From the NCBI GenBank assembly GCA_035221665.1, contig CM069135.1, positions 23,064,001-23,128,000 of the forward strand: 64,000 nucleotides of DNA. Direction: 5' to 3'. A program made the position numbers and the translations under genes. Numbering within the stretch: the first letter of the stretch is position 1; every line of letters begins with the position of its first letter. This stretch comes from Okamejei kenojei. Its lineage: Eukaryota. Positions 13,282 to 26,654 of this stretch are shown piece by piece. Below the pieces are notes generated by a model. That model saw only the letters and a program-made list of their open reading frames with translations, had not been told where the DNA came from and did no database searches.

Positions 13282-15609
13282 AAAAAAAATCCAGCGAATC
13301 CAGTCAACTTAGGGGAACCCAGTCAGCAGCAGTCTCTGATGACCTTGGGAGACTGGAGCTTGGTGAAGATACAAGGTCTGGTGGAGGAGGTGCGCCAGTT
13401 GAAAGAGAAGGAGCATCGTCTGCAGCAGCGGTTGGCGGGCTTGCTGGCGGACTCCGAGAGTGAGCGGACAAAGCATTGGCAAGCGGTGGAAGAAGTGAGG
13501 CTGGAGAAGAGCAAGTCCGACCTTGAGGCAAGTCAGTGGAGGGTGGAGCTGGAAAGGATATTGAGGGAGAAGGCCAACCTGGAGGAGAAGTTGGAGCAGA
13601 TGGAGCGATTGAACCTGGAGGGTCAGGCCGGAGGAAAGCTGCTTATACCGGGGAGAGAGCCTGACTGCATTACTTTGGTGAGGAGCACATGGGAAGGACA
13701 CCTGAAGCAGGAGAATTATCGTCCAGCACAGCAAGGACCCGAGTACTACGATCAGCTGGACCTTGCCGAGGTTGTTGGACTGGAGGGCTCCAGCTCGGAG
13801 ACTGTGCAGCAGGTGGTAAGAATAACACAAATGCTGGACCTGATGCAAGTTCACATCAGAGACCTGCTTCAAGGACCTGAGGATGAGACGGCAATGGTGG
13901 GAAGAGGAGTTCCAGGGAACGCGAGGGGTGGACTGAGAAAAATGGTCCATGAGCTGAGCCAGGTTAATGACCAAACTCGAAAGGACTTGAAGGACTTGCT
14001 GTTGGAAATGAGGGGTCTCATGCAGAAGGTGAACCAAGTCGAGCTTGGTGCTTCCGAGCAGCTGACGCAGTTGGGGGCTGTAGGCCTTCAGCTTGAGAAA
14101 GCCCAGGCGGAGAGGGAACTACTGCTCAAGAAAGAGGAGGATTATCGGCAGAAGGTGACCCTGTTAGAGGATGAGCTGAAGGACGGCCAACGGCAAAGGG
14201 AAGAATACAGGGCAAGTGTCGAGCAACTATCTCGGGACTGTGCCACTGCCCGATTGCGGGCTCAGAGTTTGGAAAAGGAGGTGGAGGCTCTTCGCTTTGA
14301 CCGGGATCTTGCTGTGCAGCGCACATTGACCTACAACACCACAGTCAGCAACTTGAAGGAGAAGCTGGAGACGGCTGAGGGAGAGAAGAGATGTGCAGAA
14401 AAAGAGTTGGCAGCGAAGGTCATGGAGTTGGAGGACAAGTTGGCCAAAAGCCAACGGGTGTCGAAGGAGATGGAGATCAAGTTGGATGAGGTCAACCAGG
14501 CTTGGAGTCGCGCTGAAGATGTTTCAACGATCTTAAGGACTGACGCCAGTCTTCTTCAGAACTCGAGGGCACTGGCAGAGGAGAGTATGCAGTTGCAGCA
14601 AAAGGAAATCTGCGGTTTAATAGAGAGATTGAAGGGCATGCAGGTGGTTGTAGAAGAGAGGGAGAAGAGGGAGTTTGATTCTCAGGTGATGGTCAGGAAC
14701 CTGGAAGATGACTTACTGCACGAGAAACGCATGGCAGCAGAACTGAAGCAGCAGGTTGACAAGTTGGTGTTGGCCAACCTGAGAGCGGACACGGTTGTGG
14801 TCAGCATGCAGAGTGAGCGGGACTCTTTGGAGCTGGCGAGAAAGGTTGCGGAGGAGAGGGGCGACGCCGAGAGAGCGCAGGCTGACTGCCTGCGAGAGCA
14901 GTTGGAGAAGGTGCAGGAGCAGTTATTCCGGGGAGTGAAGCAGGACCAAGAGCAAGAGGTCATGATTTGGAAACTGCAGGAGGAAGTGGAGCAAGGGCGG
15001 CAGGCGGTGGCTAGCCTGAAGCGCCAGCTGGCAGAGTCCGCCGAGGCGAAGCTGGCAGCAGCACATAGTGCGAGTGACCTCCAGAAGAAGCTGTCCACTC
15101 TTACACTGGAGAGAGAAGCCCTGACAAAGGTCATAAACAAGCAACAATATCTGATGCAAGAATTCGGCATCAAACTGACGCACGCCCAGCAGGAGCTGGA
15201 GAAAGACGCTGCCCAGTCTTGGGGTAACTCTGTTAAAGCCATATGGGCTGGATTCGGCCAAGATAATGGTATGGCGGAAGATTTAATGTTGCAAGCGAGC
15301 GATAGCAAACATCACCTGGGGCGATACAGAGCGTGGGACAGAAAAAGAGTGGTCGGGGAGCATCGCCCCTGGAGTCGGAGCACTTCCTCACTGACTGGTT
15401 ATGAGGGTCAGTACACGGAGTGTGAGCAGCAGAGCTGGAAACCAGTGCTGGCTGCTCAGCATGCGGCGGGGCAGACCGAGTCCACAATCGTGCAGCGGTC
15501 AACAGGGTTGGTGGAAGCACAGCATCTTCACGGTCTAAATGAATTGCAGAGACCGAGGCTGCCCTCAATAACCGAGGAGCCCAAACAAAACACGGATCAG
15601 GTGCCCAAG
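13282..15609 (+). CDS. DST: BPAG1e-type coiled-coil rod exon (alternative, about 776 codons)
   Basis: tgtgttag|AAA acceptor is phase 0 and in frame with ORF 13339..15714. The protein is E/K/Q/L heptad-rich, and EASQWRVELERILREK resembles BPAG1e EAKQYRRELETIVREK. Donor AAG|gtacat at 15609; an alternative in-phase CAG|gtgccc lies at 15600. Confidence 0.78.
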
Positions 15610-16876
15610 GTACATCTCCATCCGTGGGGAGATCTCAGCTTGCTTGGGAGTCTTTGGGTGAACTACTCGCTTGGCTTAATAGTGGACCAGATGATAAGAA
15701 GGGCAGGCCTTTAAACCAAGGCGTCAAGTCCATGATGAGTAGATGAGACTACCTGTTGAGTATAAGCAACCTGAAAAACAGAGCTCCACTCATAATTTGG
15801 TTTAATTCTCTGACTATATATTTTGATCCCAGCATAGATTTCAGTTTTGGAATTGTAGCGCAAACATTTTTGTTTATCAGTTACGAGTGGTCCAGCACAT
15901 CGAATTAATTTAGGTTCCTACACATTTTTGAGAAGTTCAGTCTCCCGAATCTCTTGACAATTTTCATCTCCTGTTCACCTTTCATTTGCATTTGCACTGT
16001 AACAGTGTCGCAGAAAGCTGGATCATTTGTCTTTATAAATGCATCTCCCCTGCCCCCATTGCATCCTCACCCTTGTAGAGTTGGAATTATTCTCAAGGCT
16101 CTCGTCCTGAACGTTGTGGTAATAGCTGGCTCCCTTTCACATCTGCGTCATTTCCTACATGTGAAGCAAGCAAAGATGGGCTCCCGTTCTCTGTTTTATG
16201 TTCCCGGTACGTTATCAGTGGCACATTAGAGCTGCAACCTCACAGCTTTGGACATCCAGGTTTGATGCTGATCTTGTTTGCTGTCGGTGTGCAGTTTGCA
16301 TGTTCTCACTGTGACCTGGAGGGTTTTCTCTGAAAGATAAAAGCATTGGGAGGTTAATTGGCTACCTTAAATTGCTCCTAAATATAAAATCTGTGGGGAG
16401 ATGATTGGGGGAATGGAAAAAAAAATGGGATTAACGTTGGATTTAGTGTAAATGTGCAGCTGGTTAACACTAACTTGGTGGGCTCCAGGGCCTTGTTGTA
16501 TCTCTCTATGACCATATACTTGCATCAATACGCTGGTGTTGCTGATATTGGTGTGATTATATCTTGTCCTCTGTGTATTTTTTCACCCGCTTTCCTCAAA
16601 TCAAGTCCCGCTCTCCAGCCTTTACAAGACCTCCACACCCCCTTCCACGATCTTCCCTTCCATGTTGTCCACAGCCATCGCTAATCCCCCTTCTCGCCTG
16701 GTAAGAACGCACAGGGTAGAAAGTCTTTTGGGTTCATGGGAAAATAAACTGTCGACTCTTTGACTTTGGAATCCAAGAAAAGAAAAATATTGGAAACACA
16801 GCAAGTTGGATTTGTTGGTGATTAGCAGGAGGCTGTTACCATGGTCTGGTGAAAGATATATATCTTGGGGCACACT

Positions 16877-17078
16877 ATAGACAACAGGTGCAGGAGTAGG
16901 CCATTTGGCCCTTCGAGCCAGCACCGCCATTCAATGTGATCATGGCTGATCATCCCCAATCAGTACCCCGTTCCTGCCTTCTCCCCATATCCCCTGACTC
17001 CGCTATTTTTAAGAGCCCTATCTAGCTCTCTCTTGAAAGCATCCAGAAAAACTGCCTCCACCGCCCTCTGAGGCAGAG
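16877..17078 (-). mobile_element. CR1 LINE 3' tail
   Basis: ggtgcaggagtaggccatttggcccttcgagcc family tail. Confidence 0.8.
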
Positions 17079-18618
17079 ATACTAAACTCGCTAAACTACT
17101 TGGGAGTTTAGGTAGCCTCAGATTGAGTTACCCCGTGTGGTAACAATTTACAGGGGGAAACGTTTGTGACATCTCGCAGCTTTTCAATTTTGTTATCTTT
17201 TGCTGTTCTTCTTCACCCTGAACTTTACTCTGCTTAGGATGGGCTGTCAATCCAGAAAGAGAATCCATCTTGTGCCACAGCTTCATGCCAACCTCGCCGA
17301 TTCACACACGAGACCCAAGAGAGAGTGAACACTCTGACTCACTCCCACCACTGTTTGCGAACGGCTGCGGGAACACTGTACCTGCCCCATCAGCTAAGTT
17401 GTGGGAACTGGAGCCTGTTTGTGCATCAGAATAGAAACTTGAGGCACAACGGAATGTTGCTTTCCAAATCTGAGTGGGTTTTCTTGAAAAACTCTTCAAT
17501 ATCATCTTGGGTTTTAATCAATGTATAGACACTCCCTCCAGATGCTTACTCAGCATTCAACCCCCCCCCCCCCCCCCAATCATCATGGCAAGCTTCATGC
17601 AAGAGCAAGATGTTTGATGATAGATTATCAGGAACAGGACCCCATGACATATCCTTTATCAATCCTTTGAAGGCATTCTATTCACAACAGCCATTGCCGT
17701 TTGTTTTGAAGCTGTTTCTCAACAAACCGTCTCTGAAGAATACATTTTTATCACCGCTTCCATGGTAAAAAAGTTTCTCCCAAATATGTTTCTCCCATAT
17801 TCTCTGTTGGTTTTGTCCATAATCAACTTAGTTTAACTTCCTAAGATACTTTAATCAATATCATGATAACAAAATTAATTTGCTCAATTTATGCATAATG
17901 CCTGACTGATCATGGGAAGTAGAAAAAAACCCTCAGCGACTGTTGGTGCATATCAGTGTCTTTTGAACATTTCAAAATCCAATGGCGACAAAAAAAATGA
18001 CACTTGAAAAAAACACCGCGCGTAATACGTCATCAGTCACGGCGTGATTTTTCGGTGACCTGATACATCAGTCAATTATGCAGTCGCCGAAAAAAATCGG
18101 CAAGTGGGACAGGCCCTAAACCCCTCCCACATCGTTGACCTGAAGCCAATTGCTCAACATGGGCAATTAACATTGAGCTATTCATTCAGCATGCATGGGA
18201 ATCGACACCAACTGTTTGCTCTGTCACCATGTTAAAACTAATAATTTAACAAATACAATTATTGAAATAGTTTAAACTTTCCCTGAAGAACAAATAAGGA
18301 TAGCTATAGAGAAGGACAAAGCAGAGATAGAGATGTATTCTGGTCCACTCAAAGGACAGTCTGTTTGCTATTTTTTGGGATTTGCCTTTGAGACCCTGCT
18401 TTCTGGTGCTGATCATTGTTGGGCTACATTTCATGGCAAAACTTGCTCTTCAAGAAAACTTTGTTGCACCAGTTTCTTCTGCTTATCTTTATGGACCTTG
18501 GGTTCTGTGAACTTGCCCTGTTCTCCCTCTGCTCTCTCACCTATTTGCTTTCTCTGGGCTCTGGGGCAACTTCAGATATCATTCGACTCCTTATCATGTC
18601 CAATGTTGATTTTCACAG

Positions 18619-20706
18619 ATGGCAAATCTGGAGCCAATCAAATCGCATGGCAAAACGGAAATAAAATCCAAGCGCATAGAGATGCTTTCGTATGGGAAAG
18701 AAAGGTTAAAGCATCACACCAAATGTTTAGCAGCAAAGGAGGCAGATGGTGAATTAAGTAAGAGAGTACAAGATGTGGTTGCATCTTGCACAGGTCGGAC
18801 TGAAGGCAACAGTTGCATTGGTGACATTGTGGGAGCCAGGTTAAGCACGATTAACATATCTCATGGTGCTAAGCTCTCGTCTCTGAACATGTCGTCTAGA
18901 CCACACGCCAAGATGAGCGAGAAGCTGCCAAAGACCCCAAACCTGAACAACAACACAATATTTCCAGCACCGACTGGTGACAGTAGACCCATCAAGATGA
19001 GCACATCTGAGGATGAAGTCTTTCTTTTGAACAATACTTTGGAGCTTCAAGGCTTGCGTCGCGGTGTCACGGTGAAGGAACTGATTGAGGCTGACCTCCT
19101 GAACAAAAATGTTGCAGAGCAGCTTGATAAAGGAATAAAGACAGTCTCACAGGTGCAGATGTCCCTGGGCAAGTATCTGAACCAAGCTAACTCAATTGCT
19201 GGCCTGTACTTGGAATCTAGCAAGCAAAAAATCTCTTTCAATGAAGCAGTGAAGGAAGGGATAATTGAATCATCTGTAGCCCTTGAATTTTTGGAAGCTC
19301 AGGCAGCAACAGGCTTTCTTGTTGACACCCTGTCCCATGGAAAGTACTCGGTTCAGGAGGCAGTTGATAAAGGACTAGTGGCCACAGAGTTCAAGGAGGC
19401 TCTGCTGCAAGCGGAGAAAGCAGTCACGGGTTATTCATATAATGGGAAGACCTTGTCGGTTTTCCAAGCCATGGAGAACAAGCTAGTCACAAGGCAAGTT
19501 GGAACATGGCTCCTCAAAGTTCAGATGGCAACGGGAGGAATCGTTGACCCCGAGCGCAGTGTCAGGTTGCCTCTGGAGACGGCATGCAAGCAAGGTCACC
19601 TGAGCCACGAGGTTGCACGGACCTTGAACAAGACGCTTGGCAAAGTGAGAGGCTTTGAAAATCCCAACACCAAGCAAGGTGTGCATTATGCAGAGTTGAT
19701 GAAGCTGTGTGTGGTGGATTTAGCAGGGAATCATCTGCTCCTCCCTTTTGGAACACGGAGGATTTCTACCCCATCCCCTGACAAGCCTAGCACCATTTCA
19801 GTGGTAGACACAAACACAAAATCAGAGATAACTCTTTATGATGCTTTTCTGAAATATTACATTGAGAAACAGATCTACCTTGAGCGTTCAGAGGTGCAGT
19901 CCCAGTGGAGAGAGACCACTGACAAATCTGAGGGTGGCACCCAGTACTTTCTAACTGACATGAACTCTGGAAGGATGTTCAGCATCGATGATGCTTTAAC
20001 CCAGGGTAAAATCAGCCAAGTAGACCTCAATAAATACCGAGATGGCCGGATCACCGTGACCGAGCTGGCTGACATGTTGACGAGCAGGAGCACCGTGGCC
20101 CCAAATCCCAACAGTCCAATTGCAGGCATTTGGGATCTGAATGAATGCCGGAAGATTTCCATCCTGAAAGCCATGCACCAGAATTTGTTGGATCGGCTGA
20201 CAGCCACCCGGCTGCTTGAAGCGCAGGCGTGTACTGGCGGGATAATTAATCCACCGACCGGGAAGCGGTACTCCATCTCGGATGCTTTCCAGTACGAATT
20301 AATGGACACGGAAATTGCTGCCAGCATTCAAAAATCGCAGCAAGCCTACAGCGGCTTCCAGCAGCCTGGCTCGCAGCTCGCTTTGTCAACCTACGAAGCT
20401 CTGCGGAGGAACCTGGTGGGACGTGACTTAGGCCACCGGTTCCTGGAACTGCAGCACCTGACCGGAGGGCTGGTGGATCCAAACTTGCAGACAAGGATGT
20501 CCTTGGAGGACGCTCGACGCAATGGTCTTGTTGATGACCAGACTGCACGGAGGCTGCAGGATGAAAAGATGCATGCCAGGAACTTGGTTTGTCCAAAAAC
20601 CAAAGAGAAGATCTCCTACAAAGAAGCTTTGGCCAGAGCTGTATTTGACTGCCACACGGGAATGAGATTCCTGGAGGCAGCAGTGCAGTCTGACACTCTG
20701 AAGTAG
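18619..20706 (+). CDS. DST: BPAG1e-type terminal exon: two plakin-repeat domains with linker (intermediate-filament-binding tail), ending in TAG
   Basis: tttcacag|ATG phase-0 acceptor; 695-aa ORF with QGLRRGVTVKEL, SIAGLYLESSKQKISF, FLEAQAATGF, LLEAQACTGGIINP, FDCHTGMRFLE; no GSR tail, as in BPAG1e. Confidence 0.88.
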   Translation: MANLEPIKSHGKTEIKSKRIEMLSYGKERLKHHTKCLAAKEADGELSKRVQDVVASCTGRTEGNSCIGDIVGARLSTINISHGAKLSSLNMSSRPHAKMSEKLPKTPNLNNNTIFPAPTGDSRPIKMSTSEDEVFLLNNTLELQGLRRGVTVKELIEADLLNKNVAEQLDKGIKTVSQVQMSLGKYLNQANSIAGLYLESSKQKISFNEAVKEGIIESSVALEFLEAQAATGFLVDTLSHGKYSVQEAVDKGLVATEFKEALLQAEKAVTGYSYNGKTLSVFQAMENKLVTRQVGTWLLKVQMATGGIVDPERSVRLPLETACKQGHLSHEVARTLNKTLGKVRGFENPNTKQGVHYAELMKLCVVDLAGNHLLLPFGTRRISTPSPDKPSTISVVDTNTKSEITLYDAFLKYYIEKQIYLERSEVQSQWRETTDKSEGGTQYFLTDMNSGRMFSIDDALTQGKISQVDLNKYRDGRITVTELADMLTSRSTVAPNPNSPIAGIWDLNECRKISILKAMHQNLLDRLTATRLLEAQACTGGIINPPTGKRYSISDAFQYELMDTEIAASIQKSQQAYSGFQQPGSQLALSTYEALRRNLVGRDLGHRFLELQHLTGGLVDPNLQTRMSLEDARRNGLVDDQTARRLQDEKMHARNLVCPKTKEKISYKEALARAVFDCHTGMRFLEAAVQSDTLK

Positions 20707-22732
20707 TGGTCCACCACTTTATAACCAGCCTCGCTCCCTCGCCCTGCCCTTGCCATATTGTTTCTTTGCTTCTACTTTTTTGGGGTAAGGGAATCTAAAA
20801 CTAGATCACATACATTTAAGGTGAGAGGGGAAAGCATCTTTGGTGCGTATATGGAATGCGCTGCCAGAGGATTTGGTACAGGCAGGTACAATGACTGCAT
20901 TTAAAAGATACTAATACTGGGAAATGAATAGGAAAGGTTTTGAAGTATATGGTTCCAGTGCAAGCAAGTGAGACTGCCTGGGTTAAGCAACTTGGTTATC
21001 ATTGGACAAATTAGGTTGAAGGATCCATTTCCATTCTCTCTGGCTCTTATGACTATTTGTACCATCTCACCGAAGCTTTGGCTGACTGCGGCTTAAATAT
21101 TTCAGACACAAATCTTTAATGGAATGTTCATTACAATTGTTGCCTTCACCTCCTCCCTCCTCTTCGTTAGGACATTTTCCTAGGTGTAACTTGGGTTTAA
21201 GTGCTTCATTGTTCCCTCGTCCTTGTCCATTCTTTGCCACTCTGACCAGGCAATAATTGCCAACAGATGCGATGACCTGATATGATTCCTATTGAAACAT
21301 GATATTGTTTTCACCATGATTTTTCCAGTTAGAAATCAGTGCTTGAAACTCAGCAGTGTGGACTCTGGCTGTCTGAACGTTTGTTCCGCACTGTTCCTAC
21401 CTGTGGTTTCTGATGCCTTTTCTCATTCTCCCATAAAACTGTTCCCTCGACACAAACTAAGTACAGGTGGAGGTCCACCCTGGAAGCTCCCTGCTGCATA
21501 AGAAACATCCAAGCAAGCAATCCATTTACTCATGGGAGCGGCACCTATTTTCACGTCTTCTTTCTGACATTTTCCAGCGGTGCCCGTGGCCCAGTTGCAG
21601 AAACTATTTTCCGTCTGTTGGGCAACGATACAATGAAGGAGAGCACAGGGAACACATAACAGCAAGTGCCCTGGTCGAGGAGTTGTGTTCGGATGCAGGA
21701 AACCTTCCTGTATCTCATTTATAGTGGCAGTGCCGCACGGCATAATTTTTTGTGTCCTCCATGGCAGGGGCATTTCATTGATTTAAGGGGTGGTTTAAGA
21801 TCCGGGATACACTGCCAGAAAGAGTTCCTATAAAGGGAATGACAAGGTGAACATTTTGCAGCCTTCTGAGGGAAGAGGAGGGGGGATGGTTTTTTGCCGT
21901 GTTCCTCGAGACTACAAATTTATCACAAAATATTACATTTTTAGACATAAAAGGCTGGGGTAACTCAGAGGTCCAGAGATGCTGCCTGACCCGCCATGTT
22001 ACCCCAGCCTTTTGTGTCTGTCCTCGGTTTAAACCATCATCTGCAGTTCCTCCCTACACCTATTACATTTTTAGCTTGCCCTTCAACGCAGGAGCTTGAT
22101 ACATTTTGATAAGCATCGTAATTTGATCTGGTAGGGCTCCCTATTGTGTGCAGTGGTGGTTGTGGTGTAATCTTTTGTGTTTCGTCTGACTGAGACCACA
22201 AGGAAATGAGCTACCCACGCCAAGAATCCCAGTTTACCTCGCAGACTCTACTGATTACCGGTAGGTTCAGGTGATCCTTCAGCTAAAGAGGGAATCCATT
22301 GCTCAGGCTTCCTGCCACAGAGATGCTCTCCACGTTCTCCCCTCCCACACCATGCAAGATCTCTTTGTCCCCGTGCAATGGGCAAGGTGATTATGCCCAG
22401 TGGTTCAGATACACTGCAGATGTGAACTGTTGAGACTCGTGGATGGTCACCTTTACCGTGTTGGAGGACAACTCCAGAGGGCAACCTGTTTTGATAGGAT
22501 TCATTGGGGGGGGAAGCATCCCCCTTGGCAAGGGCATGACGTGAGATATCAGATCAGCAAATACTTTCGTATCCATCTATTGAGCAGAAATGGGGATTGG
22601 GTCTGTGGGCAGAAATGAAAAGAAGAATGAATAGGTGGTAGAAAGGCAATAGAACCTTCAATTAAAGATATTGTTCTTACTGGAACATATAGCCAGAAAA
22701 CTGTTTCTTCCCTGTTCACTCCATCTTCTTTA

Positions 22733-22738
22733 AATAAA
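22733..22738 (+). promoter_or_regulatory. Candidate polyadenylation signal for the BPAG1e-type isoform
   Basis: First AATAAA I found after the stop at 20706. ATTAAA alternatives lie at about 22661 and 23088, the latter followed by a T-rich tract. Confidence 0.3.
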
Positions 22739-23677
22739 AAGGTGCATTTAACGTCTTAGTTTCTTGTAATAATTTGTAGTTGTATAAATCGGAAGCTCCA
22801 AATTGACAAAAAAAATGTTTGAAACATCTACCTGGTTCAGCTTTTCCAAATTTGGGTATTGCCAGTGTGCAATAGCTGCTGCCACATGAAGACTTCCAGA
22901 ATGGATCAGAGGATGTTCCCAGAGTTCCCTGCATCTAAATGGATGCTCCTCCATGGAATCTCGCCAAACTGTTTGGAAGAAATAGCTCCAGAAGATATAT
23001 CACAGATATTATAACATTCCATGCAGTTTTAAAGGATCATCACGGTGTCATTACAATACAACTATGTAAAATTTAGAGACATTCTGAATTAAAATATTTT
23101 TTCTCCAATTTGTTTCACTCTTCTGTTTGAAAGATGAATTGGTAATTGCACATTTTTTTTTGATTGTCTGCTTATAACTGTATACTCTGCATCGCCTGTT
23201 CACTGTGTCACCGAGGTTTTGTCATAAATTGGCACAATGTCAAAGTGTTGTCTCAAGTGGAAATGTAAGAAAGCAAGAAGGAAAAATGCCAAAATGTCCA
23301 TAGTGTCGCAAGGGCCAGCAAGCATTTGCAGGAGAAGCTTCATGCTTTAAGGAATAACTATCAGTTCCAAGTTCAAACTTAAAAGCCCAGCTGTCAGGAA
23401 ATGCAGAATGCAGTTTTATAAATGAGATTGTTGCTTATGTACCTTTATGGATTGTGGAATATCCATTCTGGAAAAGCTGCAGTGTGATCTAGTGCTTTTG
23501 GAAATATATATTTTTCCATTTGACCGTAACCTGCTGAATAATATAAATTTACAGAAGCGGGGGTGAAATTTGTTTGAAGTGTGGTCTTTCCCGTTGGATG
23601 ACCGATTGCATGGAAACCAATTGGGAGTTCCTGACATCAAATTGTATTGTTTTCAATCCGTCTTTTAACCCTGCTAG

Positions 23678-23830
23678 AAATCAGTGGAAGAGGCAAAGCA
23701 AGAGCATGTCGAGAAAGTTGGCGAATTGATGAGATGGGTATCTGAGAAGCACAAGAGTTTAGCTGTGAAACAACGTCAATCACCCGCACCTGAACCCAGT
23801 GCAACGGAGAAATCACTTTCCGAGCAGCAG
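23678..23830 (+). CDS. DST: First a/b-isoform exon after the plakin domain (KSVEEAKQEHVEKVGELMRWVS...EKSLSEQQ)
   Basis: ctgctag|AAA acceptor, CAG|gtatgg donor; phase 0, compatible with splicing from 9449. Confidence 0.88.
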
Positions 23831-24862
23831 GTATGGTTACCGGAACGGATCAAGGTGTATGTGTTATCTGGAACGTCCCACTGGACCTGATGGATGGCTT
23901 AGTCCCATGCCGTCCATACTGAGCAATGATATAACACGTTTGAAGAAATAAATGTTTCCGGTGTGAAAATAAAAGGTTTTCTCGGGGGAGAAGGTGGAGC
24001 CAAGTGTGGAATTGAGCTGACTGGTGCTGTCACGATAGGCACAATAAATAATGAGGCTCGCAATTATATCAAGTAAAACATTACAAGGCATTTCACAGGA
24101 GGTGATTTAATTACGATTTGTGGTCAGGCTACCCAAATCGCATTTGAACAAAAGCATGAACAAAGAAAAACATTTTCACGAGGGTAATAAAGGAGAGGTT
24201 TGAAGTGTAAGTTGTAAAGATTAACCGATGGAATCCTGAGCTTTGGCTGGAGTCAACTGGAGGCACAGATGCTGCGTGGGGTGATTGCAATGAACAATGA
24301 ACAAGGAGCCAGGTTTGGAGTAGCAGGATAGAGAGGCCATGTGGGAGAGTTAAACTGAAGGATGCACTTTATAAAACCGCGACAGCTTGAGACATAAGTC
24401 TCATAAGTCATAGGAGCAGAATTGGCCCATTTGACCCATCGAGTCTACTCCACCGTTGAATCACGGCTGATTTAACTTGCCCTCTCAACCCCATTCTCCT
24501 GCCTTGTCTCCATAACCATTGACATACCCTTGCTAATCAAGAATTTGTCAATCTCTGTCAATATCATTCTTTAGTACTGAGCAAAGTCTGAGACATTAGG
24601 GGATATTTTTCAAAATTGATCCATTGAGGGATTGGATTCAGTCCATGCTGCTTTAGATACCAATAACATGTTCCCAGTCCATTGATCAGTGCCCTTTTCT
24701 GGTGAAGTTGAGCCCCATTTGAGTGTCCTGAAGTGAAAATCTATTCCAAACTATTTTTGGCTTTTGTTTCAAAACCTCAGCTTGCAGCAGGTGGAGGGGG
24801 GAGGGGGGTTGAGAGTTGTCATAGTGGTTTCCAACGTGGATACTTTTGATTTGGTTAACTTT

Positions 24863-25150
24863 GAGCGGCACGGTGACGTAGCGGCATAGTTACTGCCCTA
24901 CAGTGCCAGAGACCCGGATTCGATCCCAACTACGGTTGCTGTCTGTACGGAGTTTGTACGTTCTCCCCGTGACTCCGTGGGTTTTCTCAGAGATCTTTGG
25001 TTTCCTCCCACACTCCAAAGACATTCAGGTTTGTAGGTTAATTGGCTTGGTATAAATGTAAAATTGCCCCGAGTGTATTTAGGGTGGTGTTAATGTGTGG
25101 GGATCGCTGGACTGAAGGGCCTGTTTCCATGCTGTATCTCTAAAACTAAA
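24863..25150 (+). mobile_element. HE1-type SINE
   Basis: Family head, core and tail, ending in aaactaaa. Confidence 0.8.
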
Positions 25151-26654
25151 TGCTCACTGAGTAATTCTCTCAACCTCATTTGGAACTAACCTATCAATTT
25201 TTTAAAATCCTCAATTTCAATCCTTCCATCACATCAGTACCTTTGTAATCTCTTCCAGCCGTATAAACATACAAAATATCTGCCATATTTTAATTCCAGC
25301 CTCTTACTACATATTTTCAGACACCGATACACTTCTGTGAAATGCTTTAGGAAGTTAAAAGCACTATAGCACTGCTAAGTATTGCAGGCACAAAGCAGAC
25401 ATCTCATTCTGTTTACTTCCAGTATCGGGTCAGTTCCTCATTGCATTTACATATTAACTGTAGCATCCATGAAAAGTGCTCCTGTTCCTGTACCAATAGC
25501 ACACGGTGTGGTTGCATGGCAAATAAACCATTGCATCAACAAGGAAACAAATTGGGGACATGTCTGAACTAAGTACCGCCAATCCCACTCCCTCAGCCAG
25601 TCTACTCAGTCTATGAAAAGTGCATTTTGAATGAGCTGCATGGTGATTATAGTTAAGAGCTTGGAGGTATTACAAACAAGATTCCTAATCATGTTTTGAT
25701 CTGCCCTTTGTAAATAACTTGAAAGAGATTTGTTTGAAGCCAAAAATCATAATAATCATAGAGAAAGTGCAGAGAGTGGAATCACGGAAAGCTCTTTCAA
25801 GGAATTGGCACAGACATTTCAAAGAAACCCGCAAGAGCCTCTTGCATTAAATGTCCTGCTACATTATCTCATTCACTAACTTTTGGACTAAACTGTGCTT
25901 TGAACATCCTCACGATGGCCTGCTCTACCAGCCTTCCGATATGTTATTCACATTGGCCTTTATGGATTAGAAACATAGGAGCAGGAGTCACCCTGTAGGT
26001 CGTTCAAGTTTGTTGAACTATTCAATACGATCATGGTTGAACCTCCATCTCAATCAAACCTAGCGGTGGTCTGATGTAGAGGAATTGGATGTTGGTTTGA
26101 TCTCTCCTCTTCTGAAGTTCAACACAAAACAGAGAAGACCCTTCCCAGTGGTGGGAAAAGCCAAGGTGATCTTCCATGTCTCGCTTTAGGCTCAGGAGAT
26201 CTGTAGTGGGCTGCCACTGGCCTCTGGTCTCTGCCCAAACTGAGGAGCCAGTGTCTGATTTTGTTCCTAATCCAAGAGTTCAGGCCAGCTCTCCTTAGTT
26301 CTGTATTCCACAGAGGAAAGGTAATTCCTTTAACCTTTGCTAAATGGAGGTGCTCCTACCACAACTGTCCCCCCACTCAGACCGTGCTGCTCTCTCATTG
26401 CCAAAATTATCCAATTAATCCCACACAATGTTTTCCCCATGGTTCTATATTCCAGAAGATATCTAGGTCACTTTTGGAGAAGAATTGCTCATCATTGGGA
26501 ATTCTCCGTACAAGAACATGCATCGTGTCAGTCAGGATTGATCTGACCGTAACCCAATTGATTTGCATGTTTCCATGACCTTTAATACCCCGGCCTGACA
26601 TCTATCAGTCTCAGTCCTTTGAACTGATTCCCAGACTCAGAAGAACTGTGCATA

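Noticed and set aside
13309-15568. Long antisense ORFs over the rod exon, and similar ones over the giant exon
   Set aside because: Expected shadows of biased codon usage on the coding strand.
15610-15714. Read-through of the rod ORF to a stop at 15714 as a tail-less isoform
   Set aside because: The extension is not coil-like and no clear poly(A) signal follows; likely chance intronic open frame.
13339-20706. Treating the 791-aa and 695-aa ORFs as independent single-exon genes (myosin-like, desmoplakin or epiplakin)
   Set aside because: Both have in-phase splice acceptors and sit exactly where the BPAG1e rod and tail exons belong; the ATG at 18619 directly follows an AG acceptor.
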